A stretch of DNA of 64,000 nucleotides from an uncultured Chloroflexia bacterium (GTDB taxonomy: Bacteria; Chloroflexota; Limnocylindria; Limnocylindrales; CSP1-4), in the NCBI GenBank assembly GCA_963716375.1, contig OY970306.1, forward strand, positions 1,890,676-1,954,675. Reading direction: 5' to 3'. Positions 1-13,447 of this stretch are shown one piece after another. Under the pieces are notes generated by a model that was not told the origin of the DNA, made no database searches, and saw nothing but the letters and a program-made list of their open reading frames with translations. The number at the start of each line of letters is the position of its first letter. Position 1 is the stretch's first letter. The translations under genes and the position numbers were made by a program.

Positions 1-473
1 AGCGCACGTTCCCGATTCCGCTCGTGATCAAGGGCATCAACACGGGCGAAGACGCGCGGCGGGCGGTCGATGCGGGCGTGGACGTCATCTACGTCTCGAA
101 CCACGGCGGACGCCAGCTGGACCACGGCCGGGCCTGCATCGATGCCCTGCCGGAGGTCGTCGAGGCCGTCGCCGGACGCGTGCCGGTGGTCGTGGACGGC
201 GGATTCATGCGCGGCACGGACGTGATCAAGGCACTCTGCCTCGGGGCGACGGCGGTCGGGATCGGCCGCCTGGAGGCGCTGGCGATGGCCGCCGGCGGCC
301 AGGCTGCCGTGGTCCGGATGCTGGAACTGCTCGAGGAGGAGATGCGGATCAACCTCGCGCTGATGGGAGTCGGGAGCCTCTCTGAGCTGGATCCGTCCCT
401 GCTCGAGAAGGCGCCGCCCCTCCCGAACCCGCACGCGCTGTCGGCGTTCCCGCTCCTCGACCAGGGATACTGA
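1..473 (+). CDS. FMN-dependent alpha-hydroxy-acid dehydrogenase/oxidase family protein, C-terminal part (5' end outside window)
   Basis: ORF open to the window edge (track ORF 24..473). VIYVSNHGGRQLD and VVVDGGFMRGTDVIKALCLGATAVGIGR match the C-terminal FMN/TIM-barrel motifs of LldD/glycolate-oxidase type enzymes. Confidence 0.8.
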   Translation, partial: RTFPIPLVIKGINTGEDARRAVDAGVDVIYVSNHGGRQLDHGRACIDALPEVVEAVAGRVPVVVDGGFMRGTDVIKALCLGATAVGIGRLEALAMAAGGQAAVVRMLELLEEEMRINLALMGVGSLSELDPSLLEKAPPLPNPHALSAFPLLDQGY

Positions 474-493
474 CCGGCGTACGGCCTCAGCCA

Positions 494-1495
494 TCAAACG
501 AGCGCGACCGGGACTCCCAGCTCTTCGTCATCGGCGTCGGCAATGCTCTCGGCCCCGGGCACGGATTCCCTGTCCAGCTGGGTGAGCACGGCGGCGGCCA
601 GGACCAGCGCACCACCGACGATCTGCATTGGCGACAGAACCTGGCCCAGGAGGATCGCAGCGGCGACAGTTCCGACAATCGGCTCGATGAGCCCCAGGAT
701 TCCGGAGCGAACGCGGCTGATCAACCGGATGCCGAGGGTGAACAGAAATGCGGCTGCCGCTCCACTGAGAATGCCGGACACCAGCAGGCTGGGCCAGACG
801 TCGGTGTGGTCCAGCGGGAACCGCAACGCCTGCTCCGGTCCCGTGGCGACCGCCAGGAGCCCAACTACGACGACGGTGGCCGCCAGCGCGAGGCCCATGG
901 CCTGCTCGGCGGGAACGGACCGGCATTCCCGGCCGAAGCCGACCCATGTCGCAGCCGCCACAGATGACAGGAACCCCAGCGCCAGCCCGAGTGGATCGAG
1001 GCTCAGCCCCGTTTCGGGATCGAAGCCCGCCGTGACGACCATTGCCAGCCCGAGGAGCGCCAGGCCAAGCGCCGCGACCTTGATCGGGCCGAGGCCCTCG
1101 GTGCCCGACACGCGTCCGTAGATGGCGAGGAGCACCGGGTACGTGTAGAACGTCAGCAACGCGATCGCGATCGGGATACGGTCAAAGGCCACGAACAGCG
1201 ATGTGTTGAGCACGACGTTCGACGTGATGAACGCACCAAGCGCCAGTCGCTCCCGACGGGGCAGCCGTCCGAGGGCGACGCGATATCGCTCCCGGTCGCT
1301 GCGACGGCGCCAGGCGACCAGTAGCCACAGTGCCCCGCCGGCGATGATTCCGCGCCAGACGACGAAGGCGAATGGGGTCATGCCCTCGTCGTAAAGCATT
1401 CGGGCAAGGGGCCCGAGGATTCCGGCGAACGTGGCCGCCGTCACGATCAGCAGCGAGCCACGCACGCCAGGTGACAGAGTGCGGATGGCCGTCAT
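494..1495 (-). CDS. EamA/DMT family transporter
   Basis: About 10 predicted TM helices with duplicated EamA-like halves. I chose the internal ATG (MTAIRTLSPG...) at 1495; the 42 codons upstream in the track ORF are Arg-rich and look non-coding. Confidence 0.8.
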   Translation of the reverse strand: MTAIRTLSPGVRGSLLIVTAATFAGILGPLARMLYDEGMTPFAFVVWRGIIAGGALWLLVAWRRRSDRERYRVALGRLPRRERLALGAFITSNVVLNTSLFVAFDRIPIAIALLTFYTYPVLLAIYGRVSGTEGLGPIKVAALGLALLGLAMVVTAGFDPETGLSLDPLGLALGFLSSVAAATWVGFGRECRSVPAEQAMGLALAATVVVVGLLAVATGPEQALRFPLDHTDVWPSLLVSGILSGAAAAFLFTLGIRLISRVRSGILGLIEPIVGTVAAAILLGQVLSPMQIVGGALVLAAAVLTQLDRESVPGAESIADADDEELGVPVALV

Positions 1496-1704
1496 GAGGG
1501 GTAAGCCTACAGTCCGATCAGGCCAGGTACGGGTCCGCTCAGCCCGCGCCCGGCGGTCTGGCCCCAGGCCCGAAGGCAGGGCAACGCGATCCCGGTGCAT
1601 TCGCGCGATTCGGTGACGCACGCGATGAGATCCCGAGTTCTCATGAGCCTCAGCGCGACGGCTCCCATGATGTCGACAGGCACCACGATGACCGCCGGCC
1701 GCCG

Positions 1705-3777
1705 TCAGGTCGTCCCGACTCCAGAGGGTTCCCGAAGCCGTCGTGCCAGCTCGGCGGCCTGCTCATATCGGCCGAAGCTCGGCATGATGTAGGTGCCGTT
1801 GACGAGCGAGCTTGCCTGCTCCAGGAAGGCGAGCGCCATCGCGAGGCCCACCTCGCTGCCACGGTCTCCGGCCGCCGCCATCGCGGCACGGGACTCGGTC
1901 GGAATCGTGATCCCGGGCACTTCGTGATGCAGGAATTCCGCGTGGCGCGAGCTCTGCAGCGGCAGCACGCCGAGAAGCACCGGCACCGGAAAGCCGCCGG
2001 CCCCGAACCTCCGCCTCGCCTCCGTGTCCATCGCCTCGACCTGCTCGATCGAGTACAGCGGCTGGGTCATGACGATGTGCGCCCCGGCCTCGAGCTTGCG
2101 CTCGAGTCGATCCCATTCCGCGCTGGCATCCGACGCGGTCGGATCGAGTGCGCACGCGATCGTGAACGCCGCGTTGTCGCCAATCGGTGAGCCCGCCGCG
2201 TCTTCGCCCCGGTTGAGCCGGTGGAGGATTTCGATGAGACCGATCGAATCGACGTCCCAGACCCCCGTCGCGGCCGGGTAATCGCCGATCCGCGGCGGGT
2301 CGCCGGTCAGCGCGAGGATGTTGCGGACACCAAGCGCATGGGCCCCCAGCAGCTCCGACTCGAGCGCCATCAGGTTCCGATCGCGGGTCGTGAAGTGGAC
2401 CAGGCACTCGAGGTCGAGATCGTGCTGGATCGCGAATGCCACGGCCATGCAGCCCATTCGGACACGGGCCATCGCCGAGTCGCTGACGTTGACGAGGTCG
2501 ACTCCGGCGGCCTGCAGGAGACGGGCGGCCTCGACGGTCCGCTCGATGCGAATGGACCTGGGCGGATCGATTTCGACCGAGATCACGAACCGGCCGGCAG
2601 CCAGCGCCGTGGCGAGACGCGTCGGCGCGACCGTCGACCCGCCGGCGGAAACGAGCCCCGGAGGCGGCGCGGCCACCCGCGGTGGACTCGCCAAGGCCGT
2701 CGAATCACGCGATCCCACGACGACCGGAGCCGGGCGGGCGGCGACTGGCTCGGCGACGCTTCGCTCGGCGACCCTCCGTGCGGGATCGACCCGGACCGCG
2801 GCAAGCGCGGCCCGCATGACCGCCGTGTGCTCGGGCGTGGTTCCGCAGCAGCCGCCGACGATCCGGGCGCCCGCAGCGATCGCGTCGGCCACGATCCCCG
2901 CGAAATACGCCGGCGTTGCCGTGTAGACAAAGCGGCCGTCGACCCGCCGAGGCAGACCGGCATTCGGCATGACCGACAGGGGCGGCGCGCTCCCCTGCCC
3001 CATCGCCGTGAGCGCATCGAGGCAGGCGTAGGGCCCGGCACCGCAGTTCACTCCCATCGCCTCCACCCCGGCCGCCGCCAGGGCCGTGGCAGCCTCCGCG
3101 GGCGTCGTCCCGTCGAGGGCAATCAACTCCTCGCCGAACGTCATCTCGGCCAGGATCGGCAGGTCGGCTGCGCGGCGGGCCTCCTCGATGCCGAGCAGCA
3201 GGTGCTCCAGCGTCCCGAAGGTTTCGAACACGAAGAGATCGACGCCGCCTTCGAGCAACCCGTCGATCTGCTCGCGGAAGGCCCGCCGAATCGAGACCGC
3301 GGTCCGCGTCTCGAGCTCGCGCGTCGGAGCGCCGAGCGGACCGATGGAGCCGCCGACCAGCACATCGCGTCCGGACACGTCGCGCGCCTCCCGGGCGACC
3401 TGCGCCGCGCGACGGTTCAGGGTCTGGGCCTGGTTCCCGAGGCCGTATGCCTCGAGCCGGTGGCGATTGGCGCCGAACGTGGCGGTCTCGATCAGGTCGG
3501 CGCCCGCGTCGATGTACTCGCGATGGATCGAACCGATCAGGTCGGGCCGGGTCGTCGGCAGCTCGTCGAGACAGGCCCGCTGCGGGATCCCACGGGAGAA
3601 CAGCAGCGTGCCCATGGCTCCATCGGCCAGCAGCGGACCGGCGGCGAGTCGCGACCGGAACCGTTCTCGTGCATTCACGAGGCCAGCGTACCCGAGCAGC
3701 GCGCCTGAGGCCGGCATCGGAACCGGCTCGGCCGTGATCCTTGGCCGCAGCGTGCCACCGGCCCCGCCCCGATCCAT
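1705..3777 (-). CDS. bifunctional homocysteine S-methyltransferase / 5,10-methylenetetrahydrofolate reductase (YitJ-like fusion)
   Basis: N-terminal half has DGAMGTLLF, IETATFGAN and [11 protein letters not shown] (Hcy-binding domain). C-terminal half has FVISVEIDPP, FTTRDRN and LALTGDPP (MTHFR). Start uncertain: ATG 3777, ATG 3717 or GTG 3678. Confidence 0.88.
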   Translation of the reverse strand: MDRGGAGGTLRPRITAEPVPMPASGALLGYAGLVNARERFRSRLAAGPLLADGAMGTLLFSRGIPQRACLDELPTTRPDLIGSIHREYIDAGADLIETATFGANRHRLEAYGLGNQAQTLNRRAAQVAREARDVSGRDVLVGGSIGPLGAPTRELETRTAVSIRRAFREQIDGLLEGGVDLFVFETFGTLEHLLLGIEEARRAADLPILAEMTFGEELIALDGTTPAEAATALAAAGVEAMGVNCGAGPYACLDALTAMGQGSAPPLSVMPNAGLPRRVDGRFVYTATPAYFAGIVADAIAAGARIVGGCCGTTPEHTAVMRAALAAVRVDPARRVAERSVAEPVAARPAPVVVGSRDSTALASPPRVAAPPPGLVSAGGSTVAPTRLATALAAGRFVISVEIDPPRSIRIERTVEAARLLQAAGVDLVNVSDSAMARVRMGCMAVAFAIQHDLDLECLVHFTTRDRNLMALESELLGAHALGVRNILALTGDPPRIGDYPAATGVWDVDSIGLIEILHRLNRGEDAAGSPIGDNAAFTIACALDPTASDASAEWDRLERKLEAGAHIVMTQPLYSIEQVEAMDTEARRRFGAGGFPVPVLLGVLPLQSSRHAEFLHHEVPGITIPTESRAAMAAAGDRGSEVGLAMALAFLEQASSLVNGTYIMPSFGRYEQAAELARRLREPSGVGTT

Positions 3778-4146
3778 GGCCGAGGCCGGGCACGGCCCGG
3801 TCGGGCCGGAATTCCTCGCTAACGTTCACCCGGAGAACACTGTCGATCGTCCGGGCGTCCGCCCAAGGTCCAGGAGACTCGAAACCGCCTCCGCGCACGC
3901 ATGATCGTGCGGCGATCGGCGCAGCCGGGTGGTGCTGCGGTCCGGTGCCGGCCCGAAGTCGTCGATACGGTTCCTCGGGTGAGCATTGGCGGAAGATCGG
4001 GGCCGCTTGTAGGGCGCGAGGCCGATCTCCAGATGAACGCCACCGACCACCGCCGCGTCATGGAAAGACCGCCCGCCCCGCGCCAGGATCTGGCGCCATG
4101 ACCACGCTACGGTCGCCATTCGGCGAGGTGGCTACACTCGGAGCCC

Positions 4147-7935
<3,789 letters not shown>

Positions 7936-7938
7936 ACC

Positions 7939-8805
7939 CTACGGGCTGCCGAGGGTGGCCCGGAACGACGCCTGGAGCGCACCCGAATCGTCGCGGAGCT
8001 CCAGCGTGTCGAAGCTGATGGCGAACTTCGTGGCCTTCTGCAGGGCCGCGAAGTACTGCGCCTCCTGGTCGTCAACGCCGGCCGGGGACGCGCAGATCTT
8101 CAGGGTGGCCGCGAGCGGGCCGATCTTGATGGTGCCGCCGCTGGTCGTGTACGGGCCGTTGTAGTCGTTGCAGCCGCCGGAACCCGCCATGGCGCCCGGC
8201 GCTGTGAAGATCGCGGTCAGCGTCGTGCCGGTCACGATGCTCTCCACGCCGCCCTTGCCGTTGTTCACGCCGGTCGCGACCCAGCGCGTCCCAGTGAGGC
8301 TGGATGGCGTGGTCGCGACGAAGGTGAGGCCGGCCTTGCCGTCGCTGCCCTGCAGCTCGAGCGTGCTCCCGTCGATCGCGTAGCTCGCGACATTGCCGAG
8401 CGCCGCCAGGAAAGCCGCCTCAACGACGGACGCCGGTGGCGGGCACGCCATTTGCGTCGTTGCCGCCGGGCCGATGGTGAGCTTCTGCCCGCTGACCGTG
8501 TATGACGCCGTATACGTATTGCAGCCGGCGGAGCCCGTCACCTTGCCGTCCGCGAACGTGGCCGTGGCCTCGACCGTTGCCGGCACCGGCGCACTCTTGC
8601 CATCCGTGCCGGTATAGGCGGTCAGCGTCCAGGGCGTGCCTTCGAGCGTCGCCGGGGCGGCCGGGGAACCGGCTCGTGACGCGCCGCTTGACGACGACGC
8701 GCCGGCGCCCGACGTGCAGGCCGCCAGGACGACGCCGGCGATGAACAGGACGGCGGTCCGCGCGACGGGCGCGTGGCCCGGGAGCGACGGGATGGTGCGA
8801 TTCAT
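7939..8805 (-). CDS. lipoprotein with two META (HslJ-like) domains
   Basis: Signal peptide with lipobox (VVLAAC). Duplicated pattern W.L...G......A...F..GKV.G..GCN.Y...Y typical of META/DUF306 domains. Confidence 0.8.
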   Translation of the reverse strand: MNRTIPSLPGHAPVARTAVLFIAGVVLAACTSGAGASSSSGASRAGSPAAPATLEGTPWTLTAYTGTDGKSAPVPATVEATATFADGKVTGSAGCNTYTASYTVSGQKLTIGPAATTQMACPPPASVVEAAFLAALGNVASYAIDGSTLELQGSDGKAGLTFVATTPSSLTGTRWVATGVNNGKGGVESIVTGTTLTAIFTAPGAMAGSGGCNDYNGPYTTSGGTIKIGPLAATLKICASPAGVDDQEAQYFAALQKATKFAISFDTLELRDDSGALQASFRATLGSP

Positions 8806-8836
8806 GCATTCCTCCTGGAAGTGATGACGCGGCGGC

Positions 8837-9196
8837 CTAGCCGCGAAATAATGTCAGACCGCCGACCCAGAACGTCATCAGGCAACCGATCCCGCCCATC
8901 GCGGCCAGGAACGGCTCACCACCGTTCCAGGCGGCCGCGGCAACGACGCCGAACAACGAGCCGAGCACGATCGCGATCAGGGCCAGCCCGATCCGCTCGA
9001 TGATCGGCCGCGGGGTGTGATCGGCGGCCGCCGGCTCAGCAACGGCGGGCTGAGCGGCGGCGAGGGCCTCGGTGGCGGGCTCAACGGCGGCCGTCGCCGC
9101 CGACTCCTGGACCGCCGGCTCCGCGGTCGCCGCGTCGACCGGCGGCATGACGGGCGCCGCCCCATCGGGCGAGCGCGCCGGCTGGTCCTCGTTCAT
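8837..9196 (-). CDS. small membrane protein (Ala/Pro-rich N-terminus, two C-terminal TM helices)
   Basis: ATG at 9196 overlaps the pbpA stop (ATGA at 9193-9196). Peptide MNEDQPARS...IIERIGLALIAIVLGSLFGVVAAAAW...GGIGCLMTFWVGGLTLF. No family recognised. Confidence 0.6.
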   Translation of the reverse strand: MNEDQPARSPDGAAPVMPPVDAATAEPAVQESAATAAVEPATEALAAAQPAVAEPAAADHTPRPIIERIGLALIAIVLGSLFGVVAAAAWNGGEPFLAAMGGIGCLMTFWVGGLTLFRG

Positions 9197-10695
9197 GGCT
9201 TCACGGTAGCGAAATATGCCTGGAGCAGCTGGCCCGCGAGTGGCGCTGCCCGCTCCCCGCCCCGGCCGCCATGCTCGACGATGACGGCAATCGCCACGGT
9301 CGGATTGTTGGCCGGGGCAAAACCGATGAACCACGAGTTCGGCTCGCCCGAGCCGCCAAGCTGGGCCGTCCCGGACTTGCCGGCCGTGGGGACTCCGGGC
9401 ACGGCCGCCCCGGTCGTGTAGAGCCGGCCGTATTTCCCTTCGACGGCCTGCAGCATCGCCCTCGAGATCGCCGTCGCCTGATCGGCCGGCAGCACGCGCC
9501 GCAGCACGACCGGCGCGATGGTCGTCGTCCCGCTTCGGCCGGACATCGAACCGACCAGCGCGGGCTTCATGAGGACGCCACCGTTCGCGATCGTGGCAGC
9601 GACGAGCGCCATCTGGAGCGGCGTCGCCAGCGTTTCTCCCTGGCCGTAGGCCGCGTTGGCGAGTTCGACGTCGTCCTTGAACCCACCGGGAGCCGACCCG
9701 TTGCCGTTCGTCACCTGGCTGATCGCCGTCGGCAGGTCGAACGGGATCTGCGTCCCGAAGCCGAGATCGCCCGCCCATTCGACCAGCTGGGCGCCGCCCA
9801 CCTGCAAGCCCGTGAGCGCGTACCAGATGTTGCAGGAGACCTCGGTGGCCGTGTACAGGTTCAGGAGCTCGTCGCCCGTGAACGGGTGGTGGCCGTCCCG
9901 GACGCGGTAGCCGTCGACGAGGAGCCCGGTCTTCTCGGCCCCGGGCTGCTGGGCATAGGTCGTCGCCGGGGTGATCGACCCTGAGCCCAGCCCGGCGACA
10001 GCGGTGACGATCTTGAACACGGAACCCGGCACGTACAACCCCTGCGTCGCGCGGTTCAGGAGGGGGTTGCGCGAATCGGCCAGGAGCGCGTTGAACGCCG
10101 CGGTCGCGGTGTTCGGGTTGGCGATCGCCGAGGCGTTGAACGTCGGCGACGAGGCCATCGCCAGGACCTGGCCCGTCCGAGGGTCGAGCATGACGACCGC
10201 CCCGAGATCGGAGCCGAGACCCTTGATCGCGGCCTTCTGGAGCGCGAGCGAGATCGTCAGCTTCAGGTCCTGTGGATCGAACGGATTCGCATCGAACTTC
10301 TTCAGCAGCTGGTGGACCGCGTCGGCGCTGTCGATGCCGGTCAGCTCGGCGTCGTAGGTCCGCTCAAGGCCGGCCGTCCCGTACTGGCGCGAGGCGTAGC
10401 CGATGATCGAGCTCGTCGAGGTGTCGGTGTAGACGCGATATGGCTCGCCGTTCTTGTCCTTCTTGCTGGTCGCGAGGATCGTCCCGGTGCGGTCCATGAT
10501 CTCGCCACGCACGACCTGTCTCGCAGCGGCGATCACGGCCGGGTTGTCGGGGGCCGTCGAGAGCGCCGCGGCCTGGTAGATCTGCCAGTAGCCGGCGCCG
10601 GCTGCCAGGACGGCGAACGCCAGCCCGAGTGCCATGCCCACGGTCACGACGTTCTGGCCGATCGGCCGGCGGCGCATCGACGACGGGCTCTTCAT
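9193..10695 (-). CDS. pbpA: penicillin-binding protein 2 / FtsI-family D,D-transpeptidase
   Basis: N-terminal TM anchor, SVFK (SxxK), SCN (SxN) and KSGTA (KTG-like) motifs. ATG at 10695 overlaps the rodA stop (ATGA). The upstream part of the 822-aa track ORF is Arg-rich read-through. Confidence 0.9.
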   Translation of the reverse strand: MKSPSSMRRRPIGQNVVTVGMALGLAFAVLAAGAGYWQIYQAAALSTAPDNPAVIAAARQVVRGEIMDRTGTILATSKKDKNGEPYRVYTDTSTSSIIGYASRQYGTAGLERTYDAELTGIDSADAVHQLLKKFDANPFDPQDLKLTISLALQKAAIKGLGSDLGAVVMLDPRTGQVLAMASSPTFNASAIANPNTATAAFNALLADSRNPLLNRATQGLYVPGSVFKIVTAVAGLGSGSITPATTYAQQPGAEKTGLLVDGYRVRDGHHPFTGDELLNLYTATEVSCNIWYALTGLQVGGAQLVEWAGDLGFGTQIPFDLPTAISQVTNGNGSAPGGFKDDVELANAAYGQGETLATPLQMALVAATIANGGVLMKPALVGSMSGRSGTTTIAPVVLRRVLPADQATAISRAMLQAVEGKYGRLYTTGAAVPGVPTAGKSGTAQLGGSGEPNSWFIGFAPANNPTVAIAVIVEHGGRGGERAAPLAGQLLQAYFATVKP

Positions 10696-12149
10696 GCGGC
10701 CCCCCGGTCGAGGAGACGGGCGAACCGGCGACGCCGCGGGCGCTGCGGAGGCGGCAACTCGACGCCCCGATCGGACAGTGCGAGCAGCAGCCCGATCACG
10801 AGGGCATTCGCCAGCAGTGACGAGCCGCCGTAGCTGATGAACGGCAGCGTGATGCCCGTCAATGGGATCAGCTTGAGATTGCCCGCAGCGATGATGAAGG
10901 CCTGGACGCCGATGACCAGGCTGAGCCCCGTCGCCAGCAGCGCCCGGAAGTCGTCGGCGGCGGCGGCCGCGATGCGCAGGCCGCGCTCCACGACCACGAG
11001 GTAGCAGCCGAGGATGGCGAGGATGCCGATGAGGCCGAGTTCCTCGCCCAGGGCGGCGAACGGAAAGTCCGTGTGGATGGCCGGAATCGGCAGGCGTCCG
11101 GCGACGAGGGGCAGCCCGCCACCGAGACCTGTGCCAAGGATCCCGCCCCGAGCGAACGCGTACAGGGCCTGGACCACCTGGTATCCGGCGCCCGAGGCGT
11201 CCTTGAACGGATCGAGCCAGATGTCGACCCGGACCTGGACCGTGTCGAAGAGCCGGTACATCAGCGCGCTGCCGGCCACGAACAGGATCAGCCCGCCGAC
11301 GACGTAGCTCCAGCGGGCGGTCGCGACGTAGAGCATCAGCAGGAAGACCGCGAAGAACAGCAGTGCCGTGCCAAGGTCGCGCTGGATGACCACGATGCCG
11401 AGGGCGATCGCCCACATCGCCACCATCGGCAGCAGGTACGGCAGCGGCGGCAGACGGAGAGGGCCGAGCCGGGTCGATTGCTCCATCAGCAGGGGCCGGT
11501 TCTCGGAGAGGTAGCCCGCGAGGAAGACCACCAGTACGACCTTGAGGACCTCGGACGGCTGGCCGCTGAAGGGGCCGATCTCGATCGAGAGCCGCTGCCC
11601 GTTGATGTCGCGCCCGAACACGAACAGCAGGAGCAGGAGGCCGATCCCGAAGGCGGCCCACGTGTACTTGTAGAGGCGCAGCCAGGCGTCCGAGCGAACG
11701 GCGATCGCGAGGATCGTGATGATCGTGAGCGCGACGAGCAGCCAGGCGAGCTGCAGCGAGGCAAGACCGAACGTCCGGCCGCCGAATGATTGCTGGACCA
11801 GCGTCTGGGGCAGGCGCTCCATCAGGAGGAGGCCGATGCCACCGAGCAGGCCGACGACCGGCAGCAGGATCTGGTCCGTGCGACGGCCGGCCAGCACCTG
11901 GGCAACATGCGCGAGGAACAGCGCTCCGACGTAGACGGCGAGGAGGCCTGGATCAGCCGGCCCGATGGTCGTCTGGCCATTCTTCGCGTGAACGGTCGCA
12001 CCGAGCGACAGGCTGCCGGCCAGGAGCGCGAGCCCGACCAGCACCAGCAGCCAGAATTCGCGACCGCGGGCCCGGGGCCGGATGAAGCCGAGCACCGGCG
12101 GCAATTCGACGGACCGCGCCCCGGCCGCCCGACCCGGCGTCGCGGTCAT
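10692..12149 (-). CDS. rodA: FtsW/RodA/SpoVE family peptidoglycan glycosyltransferase
   Basis: Polytopic membrane protein with SEDS family sequence (...GAGYQVVQALYAFARGGILGTGLG...GITLPFISYGGSS). Start overlaps the fhaB stop (ATGA at 12146-12149). Confidence 0.9.
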   Translation of the reverse strand: MTATPGRAAGARSVELPPVLGFIRPRARGREFWLLVLVGLALLAGSLSLGATVHAKNGQTTIGPADPGLLAVYVGALFLAHVAQVLAGRRTDQILLPVVGLLGGIGLLLMERLPQTLVQQSFGGRTFGLASLQLAWLLVALTIITILAIAVRSDAWLRLYKYTWAAFGIGLLLLLFVFGRDINGQRLSIEIGPFSGQPSEVLKVVLVVFLAGYLSENRPLLMEQSTRLGPLRLPPLPYLLPMVAMWAIALGIVVIQRDLGTALLFFAVFLLMLYVATARWSYVVGGLILFVAGSALMYRLFDTVQVRVDIWLDPFKDASGAGYQVVQALYAFARGGILGTGLGGGLPLVAGRLPIPAIHTDFPFAALGEELGLIGILAILGCYLVVVERGLRIAAAAADDFRALLATGLSLVIGVQAFIIAAGNLKLIPLTGITLPFISYGGSSLLANALVIGLLLALSDRGVELPPPQRPRRRRFARLLDRGAA

Positions 12150-12583
12150 GGCCTGGCCCGCTCGAGCCGCAACCGGGCCATCCCGACCTGGAGCTCATCG
12201 CCGAATCCGAGCGGCGAGACGCCTTCGACCCGGCTGCCATTGACGAACGTGCCGTTCGTGCTGGCGCGGTCCTCGAGGTACCACGACCGGCCCCGGAAGG
12301 TGAGGACGGCATGCTCGGTGGAGGCGAACGGGTCCTCGATGACGATCGTGTTGTTGACGTCCCGGCCGAGCGTCGTCACCGCATCCAGGGGAAAGACGGT
12401 GCCGACGGCCGGATCGCCCGACGGCGAGGCCACGACGACCAGCCGGCCGAGTTCCGTGCCGGGTTCACGAGCCGCGGAGCGGAGGTCGCGCAGGAGGATC
12501 CGGACGACGGCGAAGAGGAAGACGTAGAGCAGCGCGAGGAAGAGCAGGCGGAACAGCCAGAGGGTGGCAAGGAGGCCGTCCAC
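12146..12583 (-). CDS. fhaB: FHA domain protein with N-terminal TM helix (FhaB/FipA-like)
   Basis: TM helix followed by FHA core TLGRDVNNTIVIEDPFASTEHAVLTF...STNGTFVNG. GTG start directly abuts the fhaA stop. Confidence 0.85.
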   Translation of the reverse strand: MDGLLATLWLFRLLFLALLYVFLFAVVRILLRDLRSAAREPGTELGRLVVVASPSGDPAVGTVFPLDAVTTLGRDVNNTIVIEDPFASTEHAVLTFRGRSWYLEDRASTNGTFVNGSRVEGVSPLGFGDELQVGMARLRLERARP

Positions 12584-13435
12584 TCAGCCGCCCGGAGTCG
12601 ATTCGACGATCAGGGTCGTGTTGCCGATCTCGATCCGGTCCCCTTCGCCGAGGACGACCTCGCCGACCCGGATGCCGTTGACCCGGCTGCCGTTCGTGCT
12701 GCCGAGGTCCGTGAAGACGAGCGCGCCACGACGCGCCTGCAGCCGTGCGTGGTAGCGCGAGACGCGCGAGTCCCGCACGACGAGACCGTTGTCCGCGGCC
12801 CGACCGATCGTCAATCGCCCGCCATCGACCGCGACCTGGCGGGAGGAACCGTCGGCCCCGACCTGGCGGAGCATCGCCTCCGGTGCGTCCACGTGGGCCA
12901 CCTCGAAGACCATCGTGTGGCTACTGCCGGGCGTGCCGATCAACGCCGCCGGCGCGCCGCCGAGGTCCAGCGGTCCTGCGTCCGGCCAGTCCACCGGCCA
13001 GTCCTCTTCGGCGAGGCCGATGCCAGGCGCCAGCCGGCTGGCGTCCCACTGGCCATGCGCGGCTGTCGGATCCACGAACGACGGATCGACGCGGATGTCA
13101 CCGGCCGCGATCACTCGATCGGCCGCCAGGTGGATCTGCGGTCGGTCGGTCAGGGTGAATCGGTGGGCGCGGGCGAAGGCGAGTGCAGATTCGGCCAATT
13201 CGGCCTCCAGGCCCGGCACGAGTTCGCCGAACGCGTCGATGTCGGCCGGATTCAGGCGCACCACGTACCGGTTCGGGACGAGAATCCGATCCGAGGCACT
13301 GAGTCGCCCGGTTTCCATGGCCCGCTCGATGCGACGCTGCAGCTGGATCGGTTGCAGTCGAGCGTGAAACAGGCGGGCAGACGGCCGCTCGAAGAGGCGT
13401 TCGAAGAACCGCTCCAGGGCGGCGAATGGACGCAT
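12584..13435 (-). CDS. fhaA: FhaA-like protein (DUF3662 N-terminal domain plus C-terminal FHA domain)
   Basis: N-terminus MRPFAALERFFERLFERPSARLF... is typical of FhaA/DUF3662. C-terminal FHA core LTIGRAADNGLVVRDSRVSRYHARL...STNGSRVNG. Confidence 0.85.
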   Translation of the reverse strand: MRPFAALERFFERLFERPSARLFHARLQPIQLQRRIERAMETGRLSASDRILVPNRYVVRLNPADIDAFGELVPGLEAELAESALAFARAHRFTLTDRPQIHLAADRVIAAGDIRVDPSFVDPTAAHGQWDASRLAPGIGLAEEDWPVDWPDAGPLDLGGAPAALIGTPGSSHTMVFEVAHVDAPEAMLRQVGADGSSRQVAVDGGRLTIGRAADNGLVVRDSRVSRYHARLQARRGALVFTDLGSTNGSRVNGIRVGEVVLGEGDRIEIGNTTLIVESTPGG

Positions 13436-13447
13436 GGTCGGGCCCGG

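Noticed and set aside
3778-3900. Cobalamin riboswitch (B12-box-like CCAGGAGAC, CACUG)
   Set aside because: Only two short partial matches. The conserved GGUG..AA..CC and GCCACUG core could not be aligned. A B12 riboswitch repressing a B12-dependent metH would also be biologically odd. Left as unresolved spacer.
9197-9778. Upstream part of the 313-aa ORF 8837..9778
   Set aside because: It overlaps the 3' end of pbpA in another frame and is Arg/Gly/Asp-rich. Only the distal 119 codons, starting at the ATGA overlap, look like a real membrane protein.
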